From NCBI GenBank assembly GCA_032718475.1, contig JAUCBJ010001851.1:1-46463 (forward strand): a stretch of 46,463 nucleotides of DNA. Reading direction: 5' to 3'. Source of the DNA: Nemertoderma westbladi (taxonomy: Eukaryota > Animalia > Xenacoelomorpha). Both the position numbers and the translations under genes were made by a program. Under the pieces are notes generated by a model. It worked only from the letters and a program-made list of their open reading frames with translations, was not told the DNA's origin and did not search any database. Shown here one piece after another: positions 23,590 to 34,193 of the stretch; positions within the stretch are counted from its first letter, which is position 1, and every line of letters starts with the position of its first letter.

Positions 23590-25530
23590 TTACAAGGCGC
23601 AGAAAGAGTCCTGACTCAAACAGACTACAGCAGCCAAGAATGCAGTTAAGGCTGCATCTAGGTCCCTGAACAGGCAGTACTCTGTTAATCTACAGGAGCT
23701 AATAAACCAACAGGTTGATGCCATCAATGATGCTGAGGACAGCAGGCGATCATTCCAGGCATGGAGATCGATCAACTTGCTTGCTGGTCGAAAAAGCCAA
23801 GCAACCACCAAGGTTAAGGCTGAATCACCAGCCGATCGCCTCAATGGTTGGAAGGCCCACTTTGAAAAGCTCCTCAATAATGACAGGGTATTGCCTGATA
23901 ACTTTATAGAAGTAAAAGTGTCTGAGTCTGTACTCCAAGATATTCCCATTGGTGATATCTCCTTTGCAGAAGTGAAGGCTGCTGCAAAGAGCATTAAGAC
24001 CAATTGTGCCAGTGGATTAGATGGTGTTCCCCCTGAGGTCTTTAAAATACCTGAGTGTTTAAAGCTCATCTATCCCATCATAGTAGACATGCACCAAACA
24101 ACAAGAGTCCCACAAGAAATGAAAACAAATAAGTTGGTGCCAGTTCCCAAGAAGGCCAACCTAACACTCTATGGTTCTTTTCGGGGAATCTCATTGATCT
24201 CGATTGCTGCAAAGCTATATAATATAATTATATTAAATCGCATCAGGGATCCCATTGAGAGACAGCTCCGTGGAAATCAGAATGGGTTCCGTAAAGGTCA
24301 TGGGACCATGGAGCCCATTTTGGCACTTAGAAGGGTAATTGAAGAGTTATCAAAAAAGAAAGACAGGCATCTGGCTGTTATCTTTGTTGACTTCTTCAAG
24401 GCCTTTGATTCAGTCTCTTGCTCACGTATGTTCAGCATTTCATTACATGGGATTCCTGATGAAATTATTGCAGCAATCAGATCAGTATACGATGATTCGA
24501 CAACATTTGTGTCTACTATTGACGGTGACACAGAACCATTTGAAGTGTTATGTGGCGTCCTCCAGGGAGATACACTTGCACCATTCTTGTTCATAATTGT
24601 TGTTGACTATGTTCTACGCATGTCCTTAGATCATCATAATGATGATGGGGTGATGATAACTCCACCTACTGGCTCCAGAAGTCGAGGAAATCCTGCCAAG
24701 TACCTAACTGATCTAGACTTTGCTGATGACTTAGGAGTACTCTCAGAATCACTAGAGGGAGCCCAACGGCTCCTCAGCTCATTAGAACATGCTGCTTCTA
24801 GTGTTGGTCTTTTTATTAACTCCAGAAAGACCAAAATTTTGACAGTTAACTTTGAAAGTCCTCAGCAAGTCTCTGATCGGATGAGCATAAGCTCAAAAGA
24901 TGGTATGCTTGAGCATGTGGATGACTTCTGTTACCTGGGATCATGGATCCGGAAGTCAGGTGAGGACCTTCGAATACGTAAGGGAAAGGCATGGGCAGCC
25001 TTGAATAGGCTTTCCAGGATTTGGAAGTCACAGAGAATTAATCAGAAACTTAAGGTCCGATTATTTAGAGCAGTAGTTCCAGTACTCCTCTATGGGAGCC
25101 CATGCTGGGCTCTAACTGCTGAGGACACCAAATCTCTGGATGGCACATTCACAAGAATGCTACGCCGGGTTCATTGTTTCAAGTACAATGCACACATCTC
25201 CAACGAGACACTATATAATATTGGAGGTGTCTCATTGGTTCCCCCAAGCTAGACACTAGAACAAAATCGCCTCCGCTTTGCAGGACATTGCTTTCGCCGT
25301 GAGGACCAGCCAGTGCATAATCTTGTACTTTGGCAGCCTCATGGAGTGAATAAGCATGGTGGACAGCCCATGACTTTCTTGAGACGCATCTTAAAGGACA
25401 CTGACCCATCACATGTGGATTATCACCCAAATGTCATGGGTGATAGGGAGTTATGGCGGTGCATTTTTGTCGATAAGCCGGCACAGCATTCTTAAAAATG
25501 CAGCTGCAATGCAGCATGCCGATCCTAGTA
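23590..25530 (+). mobile_element. 5'-truncated RTE-clade LINE; RT in ORF 23777-25252 with frameshifted C-terminus
   Basis: RGISLISIAAKLYN, QNGFRKG, FVDFFKAFDS, GVLQGDTLAPFLF, DLDFADD, FCYLGS, PVLLYGS, RLRFAGHC. Short TAG-repeat tail; GTACATGTACA duplicated at 23579-23589 and 25531-25541. Confidence 0.92.
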
Positions 25531-25543
25531 GTACATGTACAAT

Positions 25544-26200
25544 CAGGTCAGGTCAGGTCCCCAGATCCTGCTACCACTATGGCAGTAATGTGGTACTACC
25601 TGTAGCTGTCAGCCCAGTAGGGCAGGCCCGATAAGCATAGCCTATTCATTATTTAGTTGATAAGAGTGGGTTAGTTTAGCCCCGTCAACTAAATAAGTCA
25701 TTGAGGGCTATAGCGCCTAGGGCACCATTGAAGGCAAAGGCTTGATACGCATCTGCATTAGAGATGATACACGCCCCACCCTGTCTATACTGGATGCTCC
25801 TCTACCAGTGTTAGGTAACCTAACCCAGGAGGCACACTTGGTTCAAGGTGTAACAAATGGACCCCTACAGTCAGCAGCAGGGCTGTAGGCCATGGATAGG
25901 CAGAAGGTAATCAACCAACGGCTAGACATGCTGACAAGGTCGGCGGAAGATAATCAACCAACGGCGACCTACTGCGAAGATGCTTGTAGGAGTTGCGACC
26001 ACACGCGGTTTACTCCCGCAACTGAAAGATATGAGTATAAGAACCATCCAGGAGAAATACCGGCTTGGTCGTTGCCCGGGTCAACAAGGACTGCTTCCGT
26101 CAGTGGTACACCAGGCTGGGTTCGATAAATTTGCTACTGGAACAGAAGACAGAGAAGACAATGAACGCACACAAACGCACGTAATTGCAACTCTAAGGAT
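25544..26200 (+). other. Structured, relatively GC-rich segment; possibly the 5' UTR and ORF start of an RTE-type LINE
   Basis: (CAGGT)3 start, several hairpins (e.g. TATTTAGTTGA/TCAACTAAATA) and a repeated TAATCAACCAACGGC. Ends in HVIATL, resembling the first APE motif, just before the IS3EU-like element. Confidence 0.35.
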
Positions 26201-26216
26201 CTGTTCACATATTACG

Positions 26217-26721
26217 GACGACTTACTAAGTCGTGCGAACGACATACTAAGTCATGCGAACGACTTAACTAACTCGTGCGAACGACATAGTAGGTCATTC
26301 GAACGACTTACTAAGTCGTGCGAACGACTTACTAACTCATGCGAACGACTTACTAAGTCGTGCGAACGACAAATTCAGTCCACTCAATATTCTTTTAATT
26401 TGTCGGACGCTTAGGATAACTTCATTATTTAGTTTTAAAGCAGATGAAATCTGTCCGTATGTTTAATTTACGTCAATATTAACAGAGCGCGTTCAGCCAT
26501 TGATAATAATATTTTCAACCAATAATGCCATTAACAACAATGCTGTAGATTGAATTGAAAAACCCGCTAAAAAGGTTGTGCTTTTATTGCCAGTATTATT
26601 TAGCCAATCAAAGTACAGTTACTAAGTCATGCAAACGACATACTAAGTCGTGCGAACGACTTAACTAACGCGTGCGAACGACATACTAAGTCGTGCGAAC
26701 GACTTACTAAGTCGTGCGAAC
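26217..26721. repeat. Left subterminal array of ~21-bp quasi-palindromic units, interrupted by a duplicated segment (26370-26621)
   Basis: Units GTCGTGCGAACGAC(T/A)TACTAA; inverted relative to 28855-29195. Confidence 0.9.
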
Positions 26722-26813
26722 TGTGGTAGTATGGAGAGCTGGTGGTGGTGCTAACGGAATTTGATATGTATATTATTATTATTAATTTTAAATTTTATGA
26801 CCCCTCCCGACAG

Positions 26814-26993
26814 ATGGCAGATTCCCAGACTGATGAGGAATTCCGTGACGCTACAGGAAGAGTCGAAGAACTGATTGCTCGCATAAGTACCTGCAGTATG
26901 GACTTGCAGCTACCTATTTTGGACGATTATAATTCTTTCAAGGAACGAATGGCTATTAGCATAGCCACCCAGAAAACATTTTATGATTCTTAA
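26814..26993 (+). pseudogene. Remnant of the second ORF of the IS3EU-like element: short N-terminal piece fused to a HECT-like C-terminal tail
   Basis: STCSMDLQLPILDDYNSFKERMAISI...F fits the HECT C-lobe pattern TC...L.LP...Y..F...M..AI with the catalytic Cys. Convergent with the transposase. Confidence 0.55.
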
Positions 26994-27135
26994 TCAAATC
27001 TAAAAACTCCAGTTCAAAACTTCAGTACAAAATATTAAAACGTTCATATTTCATCAATTATTATTATTATTCGGTATTTCACTGATGTCTTAATATCTAT
27101 TGTGTTTTAAGAATGATAATGAATCCATATCCATA

Positions 27136-28751
27136 TTAATACATTAGTCGGTCTAGTTCGCTGGTCAAAAGGATATATAGATCCTTTGCTTTTGACGTAG
27201 TGGTGGGGGGTATTATACGATACTTTTGCATAAAGTTAATGCATAGTTCATAAAGGTCAATATCGCAATGCCCAGTGGGATGACGAAAAGTAGCCTCATC
27301 GCAACAAGGTTCAATATCGCCAGAACTTACGGGACAGAGCTGATGGGTTCCACCCCAGAGTTCAGGCAGCTTGAACATAATGTTAGGGCTGCCTGCCGGC
27401 ACGTTGGGATTGCGTGATGGTCGAATTCGATGTTTATTCCAGAGTTTAGCTACCCTATCTAACTCATCCTGTACTATTGATGTAAAACAAAACTGCACTA
27501 AGTTTTTATGTAAATCGCTTCCATCGAATAAACCATTGTCTTGAAGGGACTTGAAAAAATCCATCCAGTACTCCATACTTTGTCTCCTAAGGAATCCCCA
27601 CCACGCTTCAATCCTCTGATTAGCTGTGCTTGCGCCATCGATGTAACAGGTCTGTTGCATATTGTCAGTGTGATCTCTACGGATGAACTTCTGAAAGTCT
27701 CGAACGCGAACATTTTCTGTTCCAAAATCCCCACGAACAATCCGCGGAGCACCCTTGTTCTCAGTTATCACTTCCAGGAAGTAGCCCCCGATAACTTTAC
27801 TGTCATTGTTGGTCTTATATACATTCAACCAAATCATTTTCCGGGAATATCCATCAATGCACCCACTGGATGTTAACGCATTACTTATTTGAATTGAAAT
27901 ACGGGTACGTACTTTATTTAAATCGAATATTGTGGCGGAGTGACAATATTGTACAATACTCTAAATAGTAGCACCTATCTCACCTCCCCCCCAAAACCTG
28001 AGATTTCGATTACAGCTGTTCGATACAATAGTGAGATGGGAATGTTGCTTAGCAACACAGCAACAACACCTGACACTATAATAAGCTTATCTAACAGCGC
28101 TGACCGTAGATAAGATAATACAGCTACTTACTGACTTAGTTACAATAAAATTAATATGTTAAAGATATTATACTGAAATAATACTGTTACTTTATTTCAA
28201 GCCGCGTTGTTTATATAGCACCCCATAATTTACTTTATTTCACGCTTACTTGAAAATAAAATATTCTAATAATATTTAACAAGGAAATTCGTGACATCCC
28301 TAATACATAATCCATAAGGTTTCAATTTGTCGTACCCGTCTAGGTGCCAGATAAAATTCGGTCCCTTAGCAAAGTACTGGCGGCGACGCAAACGTCTCGT
28401 AGCGCGCCATTGCGATGCTTCAGGATCAAGCATGCGGAGAATGTGACGCACATCTTCCTTTCGCACTCGCAGACCAGCTAATATGCACTTGGTGTGCATC
28501 ATGCGATACCCATGCAGGTGTCCCGATCCTTTAATTTCATTGGAAATGAAATTAATGACTTCTTCCGTATTAGTGTAAACATTTCTCCTGCCCAAATTCA
28601 GTCCACTCAATATTCTTTTAATTTGTCGGACGCTTAGGATAACTTCATTATTTAGTTTTAAAGCAGATGAAATCTGTCCATATATTAGGCCTAAGTTAAA
28701 GTACGTCGATATTAACAGAGCGCGTTCAGCCATTGATAATAATATTTTCAA
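27136..28751 (-). pseudogene. IS3EU-type DDE (integrase-core) transposase split by a MITE
   Basis: GYRMM...RRLRRRQYFAKGPNFIWHLDGYDKLKPYGLCI|SGCIDGYSRKMIWL...PRIVRGDFGTEN...STANQRIEAWW. The halves join in frame once the insert is removed. Confidence 0.9.
27868..28302. mobile_element. hAT-type MITE with damaged left end
   Basis: Right end CGTGACATCCCTA (TAGGGATGTCACG on minus) and left end GGATGTTAACG. Interrupts the transposase within CISGC. TSD not preserved. Confidence 0.6.
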
Positions 28752-28854
28752 CCAATAATGCCATTAACAACAATGCTGTAGATTGAATTGAAAAACCCGC
28801 TAAAAAGGTTGTGCTTTTATTGCCAGTATTATTTAGCCAATCAAAGTACAGTTA

Positions 28855-29195
28855 GTAAGTCGTTGGCACGAGTTACTAAGTCGTTCGCACGACTTAGTAT
28901 GTCGTTCGAACGACTTACTATGTCGTTCGCACGAGTTACTATGTTGTTCGCCCGACTTAGTATGTCGTTCGCACGAGTTAGTTAAGTCATTCGCACGACT
29001 TAGTATGTCGTTCGCACGACTTAGTAAGTCGTTCGCACGACTTAGTAAGTCGTGCGCACGACTTAGTATGTCGTTTGCACGACTTAGTATGTCGTTCGCA
29101 CGAGTTAGTTAAGTCGTTCGCACGACTTAGTATATCGTTCGCACGACTTAGTAAGTCGTTCGCACGACATACTAAGTCGTTCGCACGAGTTAGCG
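28855..29195. repeat. Right subterminal array of ~21-bp units (about 16 copies)
   Basis: GTCGTTCGCACGA(C/G)TTAGTA(A/T) tandem units with no unique spacers. Confidence 0.92.
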
Positions 29196-32100
29196 AAAAA
29201 AAATATTTTTTTTTCTCATGTCCCTTTAGGGGCTCCGTACAACAGTTATGAATTCAAATCTAAAAATGTAAACTTTAATCTGCAAATCTCGTGTACAGTA
29301 CGCATATTGAAGGCACCCCCTTGTTTTAAACAACTGAGCAACAGTTTTGACAAACATACGATTAGGACTGTTTTACTATTATCTAATACGTTACTAAAAT
29401 ACTCTCACTGTATATCTATAATAATACAGTAATTATAATAGAACAACTAACATTACCCTATTATTTTATTTCTTCTTATAATAATGCCCAATGCCATAAC
29501 TAGGCTTAGTTTCCCTGTAAATATAGAAATAAATGATTAATATTGACTTGCGGCGAGGTGTCCGATAATTTGCAGCGAAATGGCATTCACAGTGAGACAC
29601 CTCACCACAAGACACCTCGCCGCGCATTATCTGCGGCAAGATGACTTGCGGCGAGGTGACCTGACCAGCACCCCTTTGGAATTATCCACGAAATGAAGAT
29701 TCTGTAGAATATCTTGAAACTACGAGTCATAATATTCTGTTTCCGCGGTTTCCTACAAATATGTTTGTTGGCCAGTAATCTACAATGGATGGTAACTTGT
29801 TGATTGACGTAACATAATTAATACCGAGTAACGCCTTCATTCCTTCACCAGTGATTGTGAATGTACAGCCCTTTTGTTCAGAATATCGTATTGACTCATT
29901 GGTAAGTAGGTCTATGAGTTCTGGAAGGTTTGTGGTTTTCCCGAATACTTGAAGCGGTGATTGGAGAACTTTACTTGATAATTTACATTCATTTGGGGGT
30001 TTGACTTAATTTTGTTAGTCCATTTGATGAAATCTGTGGGTTTAACACCTCCTATAATGCTGGTAATAGTAGCGTTAGCACTGGTACTGGTGGTAGTTGG
30101 AATTTTAATAGTTCCGGTAGTTGGAATTTGAATAGTACCGGTAGTGGAACTACCAGTAATTGGAATTTGACCGGTACTGGTAGTGGAAGTGGAAGTACCG
30201 GTAGTCGGAATTTGAATACCGTTACTGGTAGTAGGCCTACTGGAAGTTGGAATAGTACAACCAGATATAGATATCGGAATTGTGGATTTAAGTGCATCAG
30301 GAACTCCAATATATATATTCGCATCAGCAACTCCAATAGGACCGCCCTGACTTATTACATTGATTCATAAATTATTGATTTAACCAATATACCATGATTT
30401 GTGGCAGTAAACAGTGTTTATATGTTATTTTAATAGATTAATTTAATAGATTTTAATAGATTTTAATAGATAGAAAGTTATTGTCACTACCTGTCAATCG
30501 TTCAACATAAAAAGCAATTATTTTGTCATTAAATTTATGTTTCATTACGAGATACACTACTTTTTAGTAAAATTGAATGCATTTCTACATGATGATAGAC
30601 TTTATAACATGTTTTTTACAAAATTAGGGGATAATACTGGCTAGTTAAAATCTGGGCCTTAGGAGTACAAAATTAGGGGATAATACTGACTATTTAAAAT
30701 CTGGGCCTTAGGAGTCCCGTGGGAGTTAAAGGGTTAATAGTTCCAAAAGACCGGGCATTAAGAGATCCTTTAATTCCTCCAATGAGGATGCAGGTGTAAT
30801 TTCAACTTCTTCTGATTCATGGATACCAGTAACAGATTTATCAATATGTTTACCGGTATTCTTCTTCATTATCCCTAACTGTGTATTTATACTTCTGAGT
30901 GAGCGCCAAAGTTCACAGGTCCATCGAAAATTAGCTTCTAGCAATTGCCTATCACTAAGATATGATAATGAATGATTATTCGGGATTCGGCTCATAGCGA
31001 GACAGCTTAACCGAGACGTGTCTTCATTGCCAGTAGCTGCGCTACCAATGCCAACATCATCGAGCATGGGTATGTCTTTATTGCCAGCAGCAGCACTACC
31101 AATGCCCACCCCATCGGGCATATCTTCATTGATGTTAGTTGCTTTGCCAATGGAATTTGGTCTTGGAAATGGCAGAGGTAAAGATAATGTTGATTTACCA
31201 CGTCTGGATTGAAGGTTCTCTTCACATGATGACTGCAAGGGTGGACCAATCAAATGATAGCTCCGGAAATGAGGTCATTGATTACTCTGGATATCCTGGG
31301 TTTGAATTTCCTGTCGTCAGTTGTTTAAATGAATAACCATTAGCTTTCATATCCTTAGCAAAGGAAGTTATTGTCAATCATATTACCATGTATTATAATT
31401 TCAGCTCTATAATATTCACCACCACCATATTTTACTTCATATGTTTTAACTTTGCAAATTAAATCCCATTGAAAATTCCTAAGTTCTCTCTCTAAGTCAA
31501 CCGACCATATTGCTTGTCATGCTGACAATATACAATTGCTTGTGTAATATCCATATCAATTGTTTAGAACATTTAGAGAATAACTAATATTACTTAAAAC
31601 CAATTTCAGTTATGTAATAGTAATAATGTTCTTTAGTTTATACAAGGCCTAGTACCGTAATGGTCTGATAGTTTGTAGTACTAACGGTATTAATATACCG
31701 TTTTCAATTCAGTTACACAACCTTGTCACATAATATGCATCACTATAACCAGCATATTTTGAAGGCATTGCAATACACCACTGAAATACACATGGATTAC
31801 CAATAGAGGTCAAACCATCAGAAATGTAGTACCCTTCACCATACAATTCACTCAAACAAGGAATGGTATAAGCATAAGTCAAAAAATTTCAGCTTGCGAC
31901 CTGTAATTACTTGTGTGTTCACAGTATAACTTTGAACAACAATAAACATTTCATCAAACTTTATACAATCCCCACGCTTAATGGACTTATTAGGTCCTTC
32001 AACATCTCCAGCAACAAGTACTTCAGCTTTGGATGGTGCCTCTCGAACAATTAAATTTGCATTTCGAGAAAAAAGATCCCGTTTTAATTTGCTCTTAAAT

Positions 32101-33066
32101 GATTCAAATCGAAATGCTGACCATCGATCTAAACACCCAAAACGTCACGATGTGTCAGTATATGCATATTATTATAAGTTAACGCATGTTCTGTATATAA
32201 CTCACTCATGGATCCGCTAAAGAAATTTATGAGGTTACTGGCATAATCAGTCAAGGGGAAATTTGACTGCATTGCTAGCTGATCTGAAAGTGGTCAAAGT
32301 ATTTATTTGGTAGGAACCCTTTCATTAGAGGTGCTGCATAAGCTATAAATCTCCGAAATTCCATGGCCTTGAAATGTTCAAGAGAATCAAATCCACGAAG
32401 GTGACGGTTAACGACATGAGGCATTGCTGATCCAAACTCAACTAAAAGCTATTTAATCTAGCTTACAAGACAGTTGATGATAAAATGCATTGTAGAGAGA
32501 CTCGAAGGGTGGATGTTCCATACCAGTACTTAATCAACTGTCTCACAACTCCGAGACAAAGACAATGCATATAGTCAAATGCAAAACCACTAGAAATTGG
32601 GATATATTTATGCAATGGTGATACAAGTACTGATGTTCTTCGTCTGAAATGGTGCTATAATCGTTATCATGCCTTCCCTCCCAGGAAAAATTATCTTATG
32701 AAATTGGTGACTATATATATTCCTACAATTTTGCAAACTGTACAGCAGGCATAACCACTGACGAATTTGGTTCCTCCAAGCATAGCTCAAGCTGGGGCAT
32801 CAGCAACCATTAATTGTAAATTTGGTTTTAGCCAAAGGTTATTTTAAGGTTATGCCAGGCAATCTAACAAAGGTTGTAAATATTCAACCATATTATTTGG
32901 TTTACAATATCCTGCCCAAATTCCAACACTGAAAGCTTTGTAGCCAAGTCCAATACGACTGACCAATATGGGCCATAGTGACAAATTAGATGACTTAGAG
33001 ATGGGTAAGCCATCAATATTTGACATAATTGCGTATTTTGAGGCAATTCAGGAAAGCCAAGAAACA

Positions 33067-33214
33067 CCATAAAACCACCTGCACATGGAACAGTCGTCTG
33101 TTTCCATAAAACCACCTGCACATGGAACAGTCGTCTGTTTCCATAAAACCACCTGCACATGGAACAGTCGTCTGTTTCCATAAAACCACCTGCACATGGA
33201 ACAGTCGTCTGTTT
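33067..33214. repeat. 37-bp tandem repeat, 4 perfect copies, inside the EnSpm transposase
   Basis: CCATAAAACCACCTGCACATGGAACAGTCGTCTGTTT x4. Confidence 0.95.
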
Positions 33215-33311
33215 AGTAATAAAATCTTGAGTTCTATGTATCTCGACCAGAGTTTTAGAACTCAATGGTAAATTGGGATGGAACTTGTTTAAAATGTTCA
33301 GTAAACTGGAT

Positions 33312-34008
33312 TGTAGTGGCGGGTCTCTCTCAAACAATAAAAAATATATTATCATTACATTACCGCCCATTCTCCCAGCTTATTGTTGCAAACCAATATC
33401 TATCTCATCTCCAATATACTCATTCGACCATTAGTGGCTGCCCCCATTCACAGCCGTTTATCCTATACAGATAAACAGCTGTATTCTTCCCTTCACTCCT
33501 GTGAAGGATAGGTACCACATTAGGTAGGTATCTCCACTGCGCTACAACCCCTTATTACCCATTAACCAATCAAGGCCCACCACACTGTCACCCCTATTAT
33601 TACTTCACTGTATTTCTACAGCTTACCAAGCTCAACATTACTCATTCACTATAGTTGGTCTCATTCCGCAGTTTCCCAAACGGAAACTCCCCCTATTAAC
33701 ACTCTTTATTACTTTGTATTCTTGACTCTTACGATATTTTACGTTTATATTATTAGATCTCTTATTATGTATTAATGTTCTTATGTTTCCGTTATCTTAT
33801 TACCCCTTACCGCTTATAATCGTATATTATTATCTTATATATTTTCTATAATAAATATGCTCCTAATTCCCAATCAAATAAACAAATTATTCTTCTTTAT
33901 GGGACGTAACCGTGTAAACTGGGTGAAATCCAACTATAGTTGAACATATTACAATCACATAGATCATCTTATTGTTTTATACACAAGAGCATAGCAACCG
34001 CTCTTACA
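33312..34008 (+). repeat. 5' LTR of BEL element 2
   Basis: Direct repeat of 37839-38535; AATAAA signals in the distal half. Confidence 0.97.
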
Positions 34009-34021
34009 GTTTGGGAAAACT
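34009..34021 (+). promoter_or_regulatory. Candidate self-primer binding site of BEL element 2
   Basis: GTTTGGGAAAACT abuts the 5' LTR and pairs with AGTTTCCCAAAC (33670-33681) in the LTR: 10 contiguous bp, or 12 with one bulged A. Confidence 0.55.
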
Positions 34022-34193
34022 CAAATAAAACTCTATGAAATTTACAATTATAAATAAATAAATTAAATTGTATATTAATTATTTTATTTCTTAGTAATTC
34101 TTTACTATACCACGTTACTAAGCTTTTGTAGCCAAGTTGGTATGTATTACAGTCTATTTAGGCGATTCTAACTACCGTAGCTAGACTTTAATT

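Larger units (their letters stand above)
26213..29239 (-). mobile_element. IS3EU-like DNA transposon, internally deleted
   Basis: Right end reads TACGGAGCCCCTAAAGGGACATG on the minus strand; left end keeps only TACGGA. Inverted subterminal 21-bp arrays and an IS3/IS481-type DDE transposase. No matching TSD. Confidence 0.82.
22674..29673. mobile_element. Non-autonomous Mutator(MULE)-like foldback element with ~220-230-bp TIRs
   Basis: TIRs ~22674-22904 and ~29459-29673 start GGGTGCTGGTCA and contain CACCTCGCCGC sub-repeats. 8-bp TSD CTTTGGAA (22666-22673, 29674-29681). No own transposase seen; superfamily inferred from end style. Confidence 0.8.
21240..30330 (-). pseudogene. piggyBac transposase in pieces (~29682-30330, 22121-22673, 21240-21718) with a probable 402-bp intron at 21719-22120
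   Basis: ILQNLHFVDNSK|EFF...YKIRP, FKGQSGMKQYIKNKPIKWGFK, FDNFF, LGTV, WMDNRGV, YNNGMGGVDLADQ, and a C-terminal Cys-rich GRCVFC...FCLN. The first catalytic (DE) block appears deleted. Confidence 0.9.
19775..30733 (-). mobile_element. piggyBac-like DNA transposon, degenerate, with nested insertions
   Basis: TTAA|CCCT at 19771-19778 and AGGG|TTAA at 30730-30737. Removal restores the frame of the DUF4806-like ORF. Encodes piggyBac transposase motifs. Confidence 0.88.
6872..31253 (-). pseudogene. DUF4806-like (BEN-related) accessory ORF split in three pieces: 30734-31253, 19682-19774, 6872-7126
   Basis: Removing the piggyBac (TTAA) and BEL element 1 (CCACT) gives one frame: PASSLEELKDLLMPGLLELL|KSEGGTTITKSVRMQLKTLITSEMATEVLYS|GKSSKGKKNFPYRVVSLIIKA...VETEIRDAIHVMTDKR. 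This fits the DUF4806 pattern GG...vr..l..l.t.e.A....G...GK..F. Confidence 0.72.

Noticed and set aside
27868-28302. Intron in the IS3EU transposase
   Set aside because: It ends in CAG on the minus strand but has no GT/GC donor at the junction; its ends resemble hAT TIRs (TAGGGATGT).
28855-29195. CRISPR-like array of palindromic 21-bp repeats (also 26217-26721)
   Set aside because: Units are contiguous with no unique spacers, there are no cas genes, and they are the inverted subterminal arrays of the IS3EU-like transposon.
30052-30370. Low-complexity 94-aa and 80-aa ORFs as separate genes
   Set aside because: Alternative frames of the S/T-rich repeat region upstream of the piggyBac transposase core.
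34012-34030. Canonical tRNA PBS starting at the TGG in GTTTGGGAAAAC
   Set aside because: The following AT-rich sequence does not resemble the complement of a tRNA acceptor stem and T arm. Not formally excluded without the host tRNA set.
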